The position numbers and the translations under genes are program-made. DNA of 64,000 nt, taken from NCBI RefSeq assembly GCF_009914755.1, contig NC_060943.1; one strand, 5' to 3'. The notes under the pieces were generated by a model. The model saw only the letters and a program-made list of their open reading frames with translations, was not told where the DNA came from and made no database searches. Positions 1 through 14,739 of the stretch are shown in pieces. Each line of letters opens with the position of its first letter. Within the stretch, counting starts at the first letter, position 1. Origin of the DNA: the human T2T-CHM13v2.0 reference genome, Homo sapiens.

Positions 1-61
1 GGGTGAGAAATGCGGGTGATGGCAATAGGAAATATCTTGGATCCTATTGTTCTTTCTGGCT

Positions 62-545
62 ACATAGGTCAGAGTCCCAGCAGGAAATCATTTATCCCAA
101 ATTTTCCTAATAAATAAATCACTACTTACAGAGATGTGGAGACAGTGGAGAGAACAAATAAGGAACATTGAGGTACCCAGAGACTAGAAACAGCTGGGAG
201 CTGTTGCCAGCCCAAGGACTTCAGAGGCCAAGGGGAGGAATTGGTGTTACCTGAGGGCAAGGGACATAGAAGAGGGACTGCCCAGAAGATGCTGTAGATG
301 TGGGGGGCACAGCTGCTGCCAAAGATATGCACTGGTCAAGGAGGAGGCTGGGTAATTATACTGGTCCTTTCTCTCTCACACCCTTTGATTCTTTGCTAGT
401 AGCTTCCACTGGTCAAATCTAACTAGAAGCCAGAAAGAAGGGGACTCTCAGGTAATAATGTCCACGAGAGTCAGCCTCCAGGGCACAGAACAGGCAGAGA
501 CTGGAGAAGGATAGGTGTGCGGGTGCTAAGAGAATAAGCACATCA
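62..545 (-). mobile_element. ERVL solo LTR, LTR33/LTR41-like
   Basis: ctagaagccag...gtcagcctccagggcacagaacaggcagaga resembles the reverse complement of the LTR33/41 5' end as recalled. Confidence 0.5.
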
Positions 546-1592
546 CTGTTAGGAAAGCTATTTTTAACTCAGATTCTACAAAGATTAGTATTCTTATTGC
601 CAAGGAGTCAGCAGAATTTTGCTCAGCAGAACTTTGCTCAGAAGCAGGACACAGAAGACAAGACTCAGACTCCAGCATTCTCTCAAAGAGACGAGCGTGC
701 ACACATGCACATGGGTCTGCACACACAGTTTCAAGATGGATTTTCATAATGAAAGCAGAAGGAATATAAAAGTTAGCATTCTAAATATGGAAGACCTTAG
801 CATTCTTTTTTCACCCCACCCCAGAAAATTGGCCACTACAATAATACCCTCAGTCAGAAGATCCAAACAGCTTTTCTGGGAAATCCAACCATCCAAAGAG
901 AAAGACCTTAAGATATAGACATAGAGATGCCCAACCAAAATGACCCAGCCTTTAATGGAAGCCACTGCTGTTCACTAAAGTCTAAGCGCAGAAAGTATAC
1001 CTACACATAGGTTTAGAGCTCTCTATCACCATTTTGGTCCCCCAACTATTAAACATAAACAGACAGCCAAAGCTCACCAGACTTTTGAGAGAATACTTCT
1101 AATATTCATGAAAAAGACCAAAACAGAAAAAGGCAACTGAGATAAAATAGTACGAAAGGAGAGGAAACTTCCAAAAAACTATAATTAAACACAAACAGAT
1201 CAAGAGGAGAGAAACCCTTAGAGAGCAAAAGAGGTATCTTCAGAAAGAGAAAATATGACTGCAGGGGAAAAAACTCAAAAGATAGAATAAAGGAGAAACT
1301 TGAGGAAATTGTCCAGGAAATAGAACATAAAGAAATGGGAAGAAAAGAGAAAAAAATTCAACAGACCAAATAATAAGAATCCTCAAAGGAAAAACAGATA
1401 ATACAGTGAAAGTCATAAGTAAAATCAAGCAAATCTTAGATCTAAAGGACTCAAGATTCTAATTTGAAAAGGTGCTACCAACAGCCCAGCACGGCAGATA
1501 AAATTAGCCCACATGAATGCACATCATTATGAAATTTCAGAACACTGAGGCAAAAGATCAAAAATTTTTCCAGAAAGGGAGTAAAACAATAA

Positions 1593-2033
<441 letters not shown>

Positions 2034-2191
2034 CTACGCTTGGCTAAATTATTATTAAAACATAGAATAAAGCTATTTTAATTCATGCAAGTTCTCAAAA
2101 TTTTTACATTTGATGCACTCATTCTCAGGACATGCTCTGATAAAATGAAGTTAATTGAGAAAAATGGAAGCCTTTGTAAACAGAAGATGCA

Positions 2192-2489
2192 GGCCTGGTG
2201 TGGTGGCTCACGCCTGTAATCCCAGCACTTTGGGAGGCTGAGGCAGGTGCATCACCTGAGGTCAGGAGTTTGAGACCAGCCTGGCCAACATGGTGAAACC
2301 CTGTGTCTACTGAAAATACAAAAACTAGCCAAGTGTGGTGGTGGGCACCTGTAATCCTAGCTACTCAGGAGGCAGAGGCAGGAGAACCTGGGAGGCGGAG
2401 GTTGCAGTGAACCGAGATTGTGCCATCCCACTCCAGCCTGAGCGATAAGAGCGAAACTCCATCTCAAAACAAACAAACAAAAAACAAAA
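2192..2489 (+). mobile_element. AluS (Sp/Sq-like) with small right-arm deletion
   Basis: ggcctggtgtggtggctcacgcctgtaatccc...aagagcgaaactccatctc plus A-rich tail. Confidence 0.97.
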
Positions 2490-3214
2490 TATGCAACACA
2501 AAGGGGAAGCGGAGGAAATCCCCGAGGTGTCAGATCCACTCCAAGAGTGCACTGGCAGGAGAGGCAGCTCATCCAGAGGAAAGCAGGTGGAGGGCTCAGG
2601 AAGAGATGCCTCATAAAGATGGAATGGATAGACTCTCCACTGTGTTAAACATACCAAGAGGAGACTATACAACTAAAAGTGAGTTGGGGGATAATTTGGT
2701 TATAACCAAATTATAGCTTAAAAAATGTTAAAAAGTAGTATTAATTCTAGAAAATTAATGAGTTATGTACCAAAAGAAAAATAATCAAGATGCCACATAG
2801 TTTAGCTGTGCACCAGGCTTAATCGTCATTTAATGTAAACACTGAATGGCGACAAACCAAAAATTAGATCTCCATAGCGACAGAATGGAAAATAAGACAT
2901 ATGCAAAGATACAGTGATAAAAAGGAAACACGTGGAAGACAGCTGAATTATCATCTTTGATAGTGAGAATTAAATAGATAATACTAAGTCTGAGAAATTA
3001 ATATAAGCATTTTATTTAGAGATAGGGAGTTAAACACTCAAAGAGTCCATGAAAAGAGTTACCAGGTCTTGCCTCTGTGTAACAGGAGTAAAAATGAGAT
3101 GTCTGGTGAATTTCTTATTTAAAAACAAGCCTCGTAGAACTATTTGACTCTAAACATTGTGCAGAAACACCTTGGAAAAAAATTAAACCTACTTTTTAAA
3201 AATGGGTTTAAGTA

Positions 3215-3590
3215 AATAGTCAGACAAACCCCAATTAAGGGACATTCCACAAAAAGATTGGTCTGGACTCCTCAAAAATACCAGTTGTACAATTATTATG
3301 CCTGAATTGTAAACTATTTCCTTTAAATATCAATTAATAAAACTCAAAGAAAGGCTGAAAAATTGCTCCAGATTAAAGTAAACTAAAGAAACATGAGAAC
3401 TAAATGTCATATATGATCCTGGACTAGATCCTGGAATAGAAAAAAAAGGTGATTTAAAAAACATAATTGAGACAATTCAATGTGACATTTTCTGAATTTT
3501 ATAACTTTACAGGAATTAGGTAAAAGAATGTTCTTGCTAAAAAAAAAATACACACTAAAGGTGAAGAATGATGTTATATGAATTTACTCA
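3215..3590 (+). mobile_element. L1MC4/L1MC5-type 3' fragment
   Basis: cagacaaaccccaattaagggacattc...tgatcctggactagatcctgg typical of the L1MC 3' UTR. Confidence 0.65.
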
Positions 3591-3604
3591 CCGTTTAAAT
3601 ATAT

Positions 3605-3790
3605 ATGGCATATGTCAGGCACTGTATGGTTTATATCCCATGCATTGCCTCTGTAAAGTATTACAGCAACTGCATTAAGTACTTTCTACAGCTACTTCTA
3701 TTTCACAGAAGGGGAAAATGAATCTTAGAGAAGCTCAGAGAAACAGGAAGTGACAGAGCCAAGACTAGAAGGTGAATCTATTTCCCCATT
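3605..3790 (-). mobile_element. MIR
   Basis: tgtcaggcactgt...atttcacagaaggggaaaatgaatcttagagaag...gaagtgacagagcc core. Confidence 0.6.
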
Positions 3791-4162
3791 TTCTCCATTA
3801 TCCTTTTTCATTTTTAATGAACTTTCGTTTTTAAAACAATTTTAGATTTACAGAAAAATTGAGAAGATAGGGATGATAAACCAAGTTACATTAGCAAAAA
3901 TGGTGAAATAGGAGTTCCAAGCACTCCATCTCACAGAAATGTAAATTTAAACAACCATGCGAATGAGAAAATAACTTCACAAAAATGAAGGAATTCAAGT
4001 GTAAAGATTATAGCACCTGGGTGAAGCAAAGACATAAGAAAAGATGCATGAAGGTGAGAAGGATAGGTTCATATCACTTGTGTCAACCCTCCCCAAAGCC
4101 TGAACAGCACAACACAGAGATGGACGCCATCCAAATGGGAAAGAAGTGAGCATCTGACTTCA

Positions 4163-4960
4163 CCTCCACATCAGGCCCGCCCAGTAGACCCGAGGACCAG
4201 GTCAGCTGCCTCCACATCAGGCCTGCCCAGTGGACCCTGGGACCAGGTCAGCTTCCGTGGAACTAGGCTACAGGCCAGCCCCAGGAGAACCAACCTCCAA
4301 GCCCATCCTAGCACCAAACCAAACCCTGCAAAGCCAGGCTATACCATGCCCTGTGAACCCTGCACCAGGCCAGCCCTCAGATCCAGTCTCCAAGCCTGTC
4401 ACTATGGACTCAGGCCCCAGATCCACCCCAGCACCAGGCCACCATTGTCCCCGGACCCAGGCCAGCCCCATAGACCCAGGTTCCAAGTGCACCTTCTCAG
4501 ATCAAGGCTCCAGACTCACCCGCACTGACTCTGGCACCAGGCTAGGCCCCAGAGACCTTGGATACAGGACCACTCCAATAGATTCCCATGCTGAGCTGGC
4601 TTCTGAAGACCCAGGCCCTAGGTCTACCCTGCAGACTCAGGATCCAGGCCCACCCGAATTCCAGGCCAGTCCCCACAGACCCAAGCTCCAGGCCAACCCC
4701 AGCAGACCCAGGCTTCAGGCTGCCCCACCCCAACAGTCCCAGACACCAGGCTAGTACCTACAGACCCAGGCTTTAAGGCCTGCTTCTATAGTCCCAGGCA
4801 CCAAGCCCACTGCCACAGATTCAGGATCCAGACTCAATCCTGCAGACCCGGTAGCCAGGCCCATCCCAGTGTACTCTAGCACTAGGCCAAATACCGAGAA
4901 CACAGACCAACACCTAAAAACCGAGGCACCGTTACTGCTCACATGCTGACCCAGGCACTA
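4163..4960 (+). repeat. Degenerate C-rich ~25-bp repeat (acccaggctccaggcc-like) in the L1 5' region, starting with a 46-bp tandem duplication
   Basis: Many variants of cccaggcyccaggcc; cctccacatcagg at 4163 and 4209. Confidence 0.75.
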
Positions 4961-5411
4961 GGGCAGACTGCTCAAGGACTCCATCAGCAAGCCCAACCAT
5001 GGACCACATCAACTGTCCTATCCAGAACTCTGGACAGGCTGATTAGTGAAGAACTTTTCCTGCTGAAGCCAGTCTGTAAACACTGGAAGAGGTGACTTCT
5101 TGAAATGTGCAGATACCAATGCAAGGCCACAACAATCACAAATAATCAAGAAAACATGACACCACCAAAGCAACAAAATAGAGCAAGAGTAACCAAACCT
5201 AAAGAAATGAAGACATATGAACTGCTAGAAAAGTTTCAAAATTATCACATTTTAGAAGCTTGGTAAGCTACAAGAATAACAGACAACTAAACAAAGTCAC
5301 ACAAACAATACATGAAAAAATTTCTAATTTCAACAAGAGACAGAAACAAAAAAATACTTTGGAACTGAAGATCACAATGACTAAACTTTTGCTGTCAAGA
5401 ATCCCACAGTT

Positions 5412-5939
<528 letters not shown>

Positions 5940-8229
5940 TCACCATATGTGACCAAGTTGTGCTGCCCTGCACCTCACTCTGGGGCCTGTCTCTCGGCTG
6001 CTGTCTGCCATCACTGGTCCATGCTACTGCTGCTCTACCCATCCCCTGGAAACTGAATCATAACTTTGAACTACCATTATGAAGCCCCCTGGGTCATGAG
6101 TCACAGCTCTGACTAGCCATCACTAGGACCTTGCTGCAGCTTCTCTGCATCCCATGCCCACGGGTCAGAGTTGTGACTGCAACCTGCCATCCACTCGGCT
6201 GCACTACTGCTGTGCCTTACCCTTCGGTCCCAGACCACCACTAAGCCCTGTCACCCCATGGCCTGTGACACTGCTACATCTTGGTTCACCAGTGCTGAGT
6301 CACCATGGCATGCTTTGGAGACAAAGACTCCATGGACAATCTTCACGCACCTATGCATCAGACACTGTTCCCAGTTCCACAGAAAATATGCCACTGCCAC
6401 AGGCCCTGGGTGCCAGGGTAGTTCTGTATGTCTCTGAGCAGTAAACCCAAGAAAGAGTGGGATGATATATTCAAACACTGAAGGAAAAATTGCCAACCAC
6501 AAATACTTTATATGGCAAAATTATCCTTCAGAAATGAAAGAAAGGTAGACTTTCCTAGACAAACAAATGTGATATTGAGAGATTATGACCACTAGATGTA
6601 CCTTTCAAGAAAGTCTAGAGTTTTCAAGCTAAAACAAAAGGACACAAATTAGTAACTTGAAAACATATGAAAGTATAAAGTTTACTGGTAAATGTAAATT
6701 TATTGTAAAAATAAGAATAATACTGTAATAGAAGCATGAAATTCACTTTTAATTATTTTCTTAAAAGACAAAAATATTTAAAATAACTGTAGCCACAATA
6801 TTCTGATAACAGATACACAATATAAAATGATGTAAATTGTAACATCAACAACATAAAATATAATGGAGACTAGTAAAAACATAGAGCTTTGTATGCAACT
6901 GAGGTTAAATTATCAACTTAAAATAGACTGTTACAACTATAAGATGTTTTATGTAAGCGTTATTGTAATCCAAAGAAGATACTGTACTAGATACACAAAA
7001 GATAAAGGAATCAAAACCATAAGGGATAATGTCATCAAACGACAAAGACAGCAAAAAAGTATGAAAGAAACTACAAAACAGTCAGAAAACAATTAAAAAA
7101 ATGGCAACAGTAAGTCCTTACCTATCAATAATTATCTTTAAATTAAGTGCATTAAATTCTCCAATTAAATGACATAGAGTGGCTGAATGGATAAACTAAC
7201 AAGATCCAACTATATGCTCTCTACAGGAGACACAATTTATCATTAAGGATACATACAGGCTGAAAGCAAAGGGATGATAAAACATACTATGCAAGTAGAA
7301 ATTTTAAAAGAGCAGAGGTGGTTATATAAGACAAAATAGACTTTAACTCAAAAACGGTCACAACAGACCTAGAAGATCATTATATAATGATAGCATGGTC
7401 AGTTCATCAACAGGATATAACAATTGTAAATATTTAAGCACTCAACATTGGAGCACCTAAATCAATAAATCAAATATTAACAGAACTGAAAGTAGGAATA
7501 GAAAACAATACAATAATCAAAGGAGAACTCAATACCCCACTCTCAACAATGGATAGATCATCCAGACAGAAAATCAATAAAGAACTTCAACAACACTATA
7601 GATCAAATATACCTAACAGACATACTCAGAACTTCCCACCCAACAGTAGCAGAATACATTCTTGTTGAGCACACATGGAACATTCTCCAGGACAGATCAT
7701 ATGTTAGGCCACAAAACAAATCTTACCAAATTTAATAAGTCTGAATTCACACTAAGTATCTTTTCTGAAGTAATGGTATGAAACCAGAACACAATAACAG
7801 AAGAAAAACTGGAAAATTTACAAATCTGTGGAAATTAAGTAACATACTTCTGAAAATCAGTGAGTCAAAGGAGAAATTAAAAGAAAATGCAAAAACTATC
7901 TTGAGATAAGTGAAAATGGAAACACAACATGCCAAAATATACAAGGGACACAGCAACGGCACTTAGAGGGAAGTTTACGGTGACTAACACCCACTTGAAG
8001 AAAGAAGATACATTTCAAATTAACAACCCAACGTTATACCTCAAGGAATTAGAGAACAAAGAAAAGCTAAGCCCAAGGTAAGCAAAAGGAAAGAAATAAT
8101 AAAAGTCAAAGCAGAAATAAAGGAAATGAAGACTAGAAAAATAACAGGCCAATGAAAGTAAGAGATCGGTTTTTGAAAAGATAAACACAATTGACAAAAC
8201 GTTAGCTAGACTGAGGAAAAAAAGACAAA

Positions 8230-8412
8230 ATTATAAATAAATATAAGCATATATAATATAAATATAAATATATATAATTTATTTTATATAAAATATATAT
8301 TTATATGTATATATATTTATATATAATATATTTATATTTTACATGTTATATAAATATATTTATATTTTATAAATATATAATATATAATATAAATTTATAT
8401 AAATATATAAAA
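8230..8412. repeat. AT-rich (TA/TAA) low-complexity expansion inside L1 ORF2
   Basis: About 180 bp almost entirely A/T. Confidence 0.9.
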
Positions 8413-8824
8413 CTGATACGACAGAAATACAAAGGATCAAAACAGGCTGCTATGAATAATTATATGTCAACAAATTGGATAACCTAAAACAATGGATAAA
8501 TTCCCAGAAACATATAAGTAATCAAGACTGAATCATGAAAAAAAAAATCAGAACAGACCAACAGTAAGTAAAAGATAAATCAGTAATTAATACGTTTCCA
8601 GCACAGAAAAGCCCAGGACCAGATGACTTCACTGCAGAATTCTACCAAACACTTAAAGAATAATTAACACCAATCTTTCTCAAACTTTTCCAAAACACTG
8701 GGGAGGTGGGAACACTTACGTATACTTTTAATGAGGCCAGCATTACCTTGATAGCAATGCCAGACAAGGACATTACAAAAAAAAAGAAAATTAGAAGCCA
8801 ATATTCCTGCAAGAAAAAGGGGGG

Positions 8825-9469
8825 GAGTTTGTCTGTCCCTTCCATCACGTAAAAACACAGGGAAAAAGCACCATGTATGAGGAAGAAGGCCCTTAGGAGA
8901 CAACAAATTCTTCTGGTACCTTGGTCTTGGACTTCCCATCCTCTAGAACAAGGGTCCCCAACCTCCAGGCCATAGACCAGTACTGGTCACAAAGCAGGAG
9001 GTGAGTGGAGGGCAATTGAGCAAAGCTGAGCTCTGCCTCCTGTCAGATCAATGGCAGCATTAGATTCTCATAGGAGTGTGAACCCTATCGTGAACTGTGC
9101 ATGTGCGGGATTTAGGTTGCATGCTCCTAATGAGAATCTAATGCCTGATGACCTGTCACTGTCTCCCATCACCTCTAGATGGGACCATCTAGTTGCAGGA
9201 AAATAAGCTCAAGGCTCCCACTGATTCTACATTATGGTGACTATGTAATAATAACAGAAATAGAATGCACTATAAATGTAATGCACTTGAATTATCCCAA
9301 AACCTTCCCCTCCCTAGTCTGTGGAAAAATCGTCTTCCACGAAACCAGTCCCTGGTGCCAAAAAGGTTTGGGGACTACTGCTCCAGAACTGTAGGAAATA
9401 AATTTCTGATGTTTATAAGTTGCCCAGTCTCAAATATTTTGTTATAGCAGCCCAAATGAACTAAGATAG
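8825..9469 (+). mobile_element. MaLR LTR 3' half (MSTD/MLT1A-like), split by MER1A
   Basis: ggacttcccatcctctagaa / ctccagaactgtaggaaataaatttctg...tatagcagcccaaatgaactaagata. Confidence 0.8.
8949..9380. mobile_element. MER1A (hAT-Charlie non-autonomous DNA transposon)
   Basis: Ends caagggtccccaacc / ggtttggggactactg; 8-bp TSD ctctagaa (8941-8948) / ctccagaa (9381-9388). Confidence 0.9.
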
Positions 9470-9629
9470 ACTTCAATCAACATTTCTTCAAAAAAGACAT
9501 ACAAATGGCAGCAGATATGTGAAAAGATAACCAACATCACTAATCATCAAGGAAATGTAAATCAAAACCACAATGATATGTCACCACACACCTGTTTAAA
9601 TGACTATTATCAAAAAGACAAGTATTGGT

Positions 9630-9683
9630 TAACCCCAGGCACATTGCCTATGAGTTAGCCCTACTTTGGAAAAAAAAAAAAAG
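9630..9683 (+). mobile_element. Very short A-tailed retrocopy resembling an ERV1 (MER66/MER4-group) LTR R-region
   Basis: taaccccaggcacattgcctatgagttagccctactttgg plus A-tail; TSD aaaagacaagtattggt (9613-9629) / aaaagataagtgttgat (9684-9700). Confidence 0.6.
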
Positions 9684-10305
9684 AAAAGATAAGTGTTGAT
9701 GAGGATATCGAGAAAAAAGGAACCTTTGTGCACTGTTGGTAGAAATGTAAATTGGCACAGACACAAGGGAAAATGATATGGAGTTTCCACAAAAAAAAAA
9801 AAATTGCTAATAGAACTACCATATGATCCAGCAATCCCATGTCTAGGTACATATACTAAGGCATTGATCAGAATCTTGAAGATATATTAGCACTTATAGG
9901 TTCTTTGCAGCACTCTTCACAATAGCTGAGACATGAAAACAATGTAAATTTTCATCAATGGAAGAATGAATAAAGAAAAAATGTGGTATTTACATTCAAT
10001 GAAATATTATTCAGTCTTAACAAAGAAAGAAATCTTGCCATTGGTAATACATGGGCAAACCTGAAGCACATTATGCTATTTGAAATAAGCCAGGCAAAAA
10101 AGGACAAACACTACATGATCCCACTTATATAAGTAATCTAAAATAGCCAAGCTCACAGAAGTAGAGAGTAGAATGACGGTTGCCAGGTTGGGGTGGAGGG
10201 GAAATGGGGAAGTGTTGGTCAAAGGATACAAAGTTGCAGTTATGCATCATGAGTAAGTCTTGGATTTCTATTGCACAGCATCGTACCTATAGGTTAACAA
10301 TTCTG

Positions 10306-10598
<293 letters not shown>

Positions 10599-10995
10599 TC
10601 TGTATTATATAGCTAAAAGTTTGCTAAGAGTTTAGATTTCAATTCCAGCGTTCTTATTACCAAAAATGAATAAAGAAAGAGAGAGGGAGATATGTTTTGG
10701 AGGTGATGTGTATATTTATGACCACTGATTGTATCAATAGTTTCATGGGTATATACTTATCAAAAAAAAAACTTGCATACATTAAATGTGTGTGGCTTTT
10801 TGTATGTCAGTAATAATAAAGTAGTTTGTTTTTAATGTAGCAAACAAAATCCAGCAGCATATTAAAAGATTATATACCATGACCAAGTGGGATTTATCCC
10901 AGGAATGCAAGGTTAGTGGTTTGATGTATTAAAATCAAACAATGTAACGCACCAGTAGGAGGAAGGCAAAACACATGATCATCTCAATGGATGTA

Positions 10996-11387
10996 TGCAT
11001 TAGTCTGCTTGCACTGCTGTAACAGAGCACCACAGCCTGGGTGGCTTAAGCAGCAGAAACATGTTTCCCACAACTCTAGAGGCTGGAAGTCCCAGGATGA
11101 CAGGGCTGGCAGAGTTGGTTTCCGGTGAGGCCTTTCTTCCTGGCCTGCATTTGCCACTTTCTCACTGAATCCTCATGTGGCCTTTCCTCAGAGCATGTGC
11201 ACTTCCGGTGTCTTCTCTGCTTTTTATAAAGACACAAATCCTATTGGAGTAGGGCCCCATTCTTATGACCTCATTTAACCTTACTTACTCTCTTAAAGGC
11301 TCTACCTCCAAATATGGTTGCATTGAGGGTTAGAGCTTCAGACTATACATTGTGGGCGTGAGGGGGAGAGCAACTAAATCCATAGTG
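10996..11387 (-). mobile_element. MLT1A0-like MaLR solo LTR
   Basis: tgcattagtctgc...tatgacctcatttaacctt...aatccatagtg; 5-bp TSD atgta / atgca. Confidence 0.88.
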
Positions 11388-12774
11388 ATGCAGAAAAAAT
11401 GTTTGATGAAAGTCAGTCTCCTTCACTATGAGAATCTTTCACAAGCCAGAAACAAAAGGAAACTTCCTCAACCATATAAAGGGAATCTATGAGAAACTCA
11501 CAGCTAACATCATACTTAATGGTAAAAGACTGTAAAAGATTCTGTGATCAGGAATAAGACAAAGCTATGTGTTCTTGCCACTTCTATTCAGCATTGTGCT
11601 ATAAGTTCTAGCCAAGGCAAGAAGGAAATGAAATAAAAAAAAGAAAGGCATTCAAATTGGAAAGGAGGAAGTAAAGTATCTATGTTAACCGATGATATAA
11701 TTTTATATGTAGAAAATTCTAGAGACTCCATATGAAAACTATTAGAGCCAATAAACTCAGCAAAGCACCCAAGTTGCAACATCAACATCCAAAATCCAGC
11801 TTATTTCTACACACTTGCAATGAATAAGCCAAAATTTAAGGTAAGAAGACAATTCCATTCATTATGATAGCATCCAAAAGAGTAAAATACTAGAAATAAA
11901 TTTAACCAAGAAACTGCGAGATTTATACACTGAAAACATTCAAAACATTATTAAAATAATCAAAGAAAATCCTTTAAAACTGGAAAGACATCCCTTCTTC
12001 ACAGATTGAAAGAGCTATTGTCAAGATGGCAATACTACTCGAGTCTATCGATGCAATTTCTATCAAAATTTCAACTTTTGTTTGCAGAAATAGACAAGCT
12101 GATTCTTAAAAGTATATGAAACTGACAGTAAGCCCAAATAGTCAAAATAATCTTGCAAAAGAAGAAAAAAATTGGAGGACTCATACATTCCAATTTCAGA
12201 ACTTACCTTAAGGCTATAATAATTAAAAAGCATGTAGAATAAAGAATAAAATTGTTATTTTACCTCACAGAAATGTATGTTTAAAAATTAATTCAAAATG
12301 GATCAAAGATCTAAATATAAGCTAAAACTCTGAAACCCCTAGAATAAAATATAGGAGTACATTTTCATGACCTTGAATTTAGTGATAAATTTTTAGGCAT
12401 GATACCAAAAATACAACAACAAAAGCAAAGCAGATAAATCTGGCATGTTAAAAATTAAAGATTTTTGTACATTGAAAAATAATATCAATAAAATGAAATG
12501 AAAACCTACAGAATTAAGCAAAATATTTACAAATCATGTGTCTGATAAGGAATTAGTACACAGAATAAAGAGCTCTTACAACTCAATGACAACAAAAAAA
12601 CAACCCAATTTTTAAATGGCCAACAAACTTGAATAGATATTTCTCCAAAGAAAATACACATGTGGTCAATAAGCACATGAAGAGATGTCTCACTTAACAC
12701 CATGAGGCATGAGGAAAATGCATATCAAAACCACAAGACACCACTTTCCACCCACTAGGTTGGCTCTAATCCAG

Positions 12775-12828
12775 AAAAGAAAGGAAAGGAAAGGCAAGGG
12801 GAGGCTAGGGGAGGGGAGGGGAGGGGGA
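12775..12828 (+). repeat. Polypurine (GGAAA/GGGGA) tract
   Basis: aaggaaaggaaaggcaaggggaggctaggggaggggaggggaggggg. Confidence 0.8.
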
Positions 12829-13589
12829 ACAATTGCTGGGAAGGTTGTGGAGAAACTGGAGCCTTCATACACTGCTGGTGGGAATGTAAAATGCTGCAGC
12901 TGCTGTGAACGGCTTGGCAGTTCTTCACAAAGTGGAACATGGAATTACCATTTGACCGAACAATTCCACTCTTAGGTGTACACCAAAGAGAACTAAAAAC
13001 GTATGATCACACAATAACTTGTACATGAATGCTCATTCATAGCAGCATTATTCAGATTATACTAAATGTGGAAATCACCCAAATGTCCATGAACTGAGGA
13101 ATGGGTAAACAAAATGTGGTGTATCTATACAATGGAATATTATTTAAGCATTATACAATGTTTAAAATAAGCAAGGTATTAAATTCTCATGTATATTACA
13201 ACACAAATAAGCCTCACTGAAAGAAGCCAGATATTAAAAAGCCACATATTTACAATTCCATATATATGAAATATCCAAAATATGCAAACCCGTTGAACCA
13301 GAAGGCATATTAGTGGTTGTCAGGACTCTGATGGTTGTTTCCTTGGAAGATGACGTGGGAGATGAGATGAACTCTTACACATTGTCATTCACCACTTTTT
13401 GCAGTAAGGACCATTTGTTTTTTCTTCCTTTTTTACAAAGAGACTCAGGAGAAGGCTATAAACCAGGCAGCGAATCATGCCTCAGCCTCCTGTCACTATT
13501 TTAAACAACAGCTTTGCAAACAAAACTAGAGGTTGAGGGTCCACTCACTCCACAGCAGCCCACATAAATGCCTGGGATGCACCATCTCA

Positions 13590-14240
13590 CTCCTGCAGAT
13601 GATTTATTGACTTTTTTCATCATTTGAATAAATGACTATATCACAAGGGCTCCTGAAAGGTTGCTGATTAAAGTACCCTCTATTGTTAAAAACATAATTA
13701 AATAATGTTTGGATTTATCACTTTCTTTGTAAAGATGAGACATAAAAGATATTAGAATCTCAAATGACACAGTTAGAAAGTCATCCAGTTAATAGTACTC
13801 TTTAATTATCACAGCTAGCCAGCACTGCAGCATGTCTGCAATGCTTTGTTATTTATGGACATTAAACTGCAAATCAAGTTGTGAAGCTCTCCCCTCTTAT
13901 AAGTAGTACAAAGACTGTTAAACAAAACAGAATTTAAAACAGCATGGAGTTATAAATAGCCTGCTGTTTGGTATAGTTTGTCAATCTGTTACCACTTAAC
14001 AGCTCTCTAATTAGCACTCACTTTTGATACTACTGTTCCTAAAATGTTTATGTTGGAAGTTACAAATTACTGTCTAATTATACCGGCTACTTTGTTTTGC
14101 ATAAACAATAAATAAAATCCCATTTATGCCATAAAAATACATGCACTGTCATCACTTTTTCTATAGGATGAGTAATAAACTTTGCTAGCTTTACACTGAA
14201 AATCAGCAGTGAACAACTTTAATTAAATTTGACAGTGTGA
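13590..14240. promoter_or_regulatory. Candidate developmental enhancer (repeat-free, HOX/PBX/MEIS/FOX/MEF2 motif-dense)
   Basis: TGATTTAT 13600, TTTATGG 13852, TTATAAATAG 13950, CTAATTAG 14007, ATAAACA 14101, GCCATAAAA 14128, TTAATTAA 14219, TGACAG 14230; function is inferred only. Confidence 0.4.
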
Positions 14241-14380
14241 GGATTCATGACTTTACTTCTTTAAGGGGTGAATTGCTTGCAAGCAGGAAAAGTTTGCACA
14301 GAATCAAAAGATACCATCCCAGTAGAATAACAAACTCAGCATCTAAATTGCACATTCCAGAAAAAAACTTTTTTTCAAAT

Positions 14381-14550
14381 TTTCAGCTTTTTATCTTTTG
14401 CCCTGCACCAAGGAAATTGGAATATTTGTGCTTCTACAGACTCAGTCTGGGTGAATCCTAAAAATCAGTGCTAGGGAGAATCAGAGCATGGGAGAAACCT
14501 CTATTTGAGGAAAAAATAATCAAGGCAATGCTTTTGATAAAATTCATTTC
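14381..14550 (+). repeat. 170-bp dispersed direct repeat, copy 1 (probable donor)
   Basis: 166/170 identical to 15301-15470. Confidence 0.97.
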
Positions 14551-14739
14551 TTGGTAGATTTACTTAAGTTCTTCCCATGTCATGATGTCTCCTTGTGAAA
14601 TAAGCCAAATTAATCATCAAAACCAATCATTCTATCATTGAGAATTCCTCATTCAAACTCTCCTGTTGTTTATGTGAATGTGGATCATATTATTTGTTCA
14701 AAAAATTCACTGTTTTTACTATGAAAGAGAGGGAGTCGT

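Larger units (their letters stand above)
10837..13330 (+). mobile_element. L1M ORF2 RT/C-terminal part and L1MB-type 3' UTR
   Basis: tagcaaacaaaatccagcagcatattaaaag resumes ORF2; ends aaagccacatatt...tagtggttgtcagg. Confidence 0.85.

Noticed and set aside
4230-4754. 174-aa Pro-rich ORF
   Set aside because: Starts at GTG and translates the C-rich degenerate repeat of the L1 5' region.
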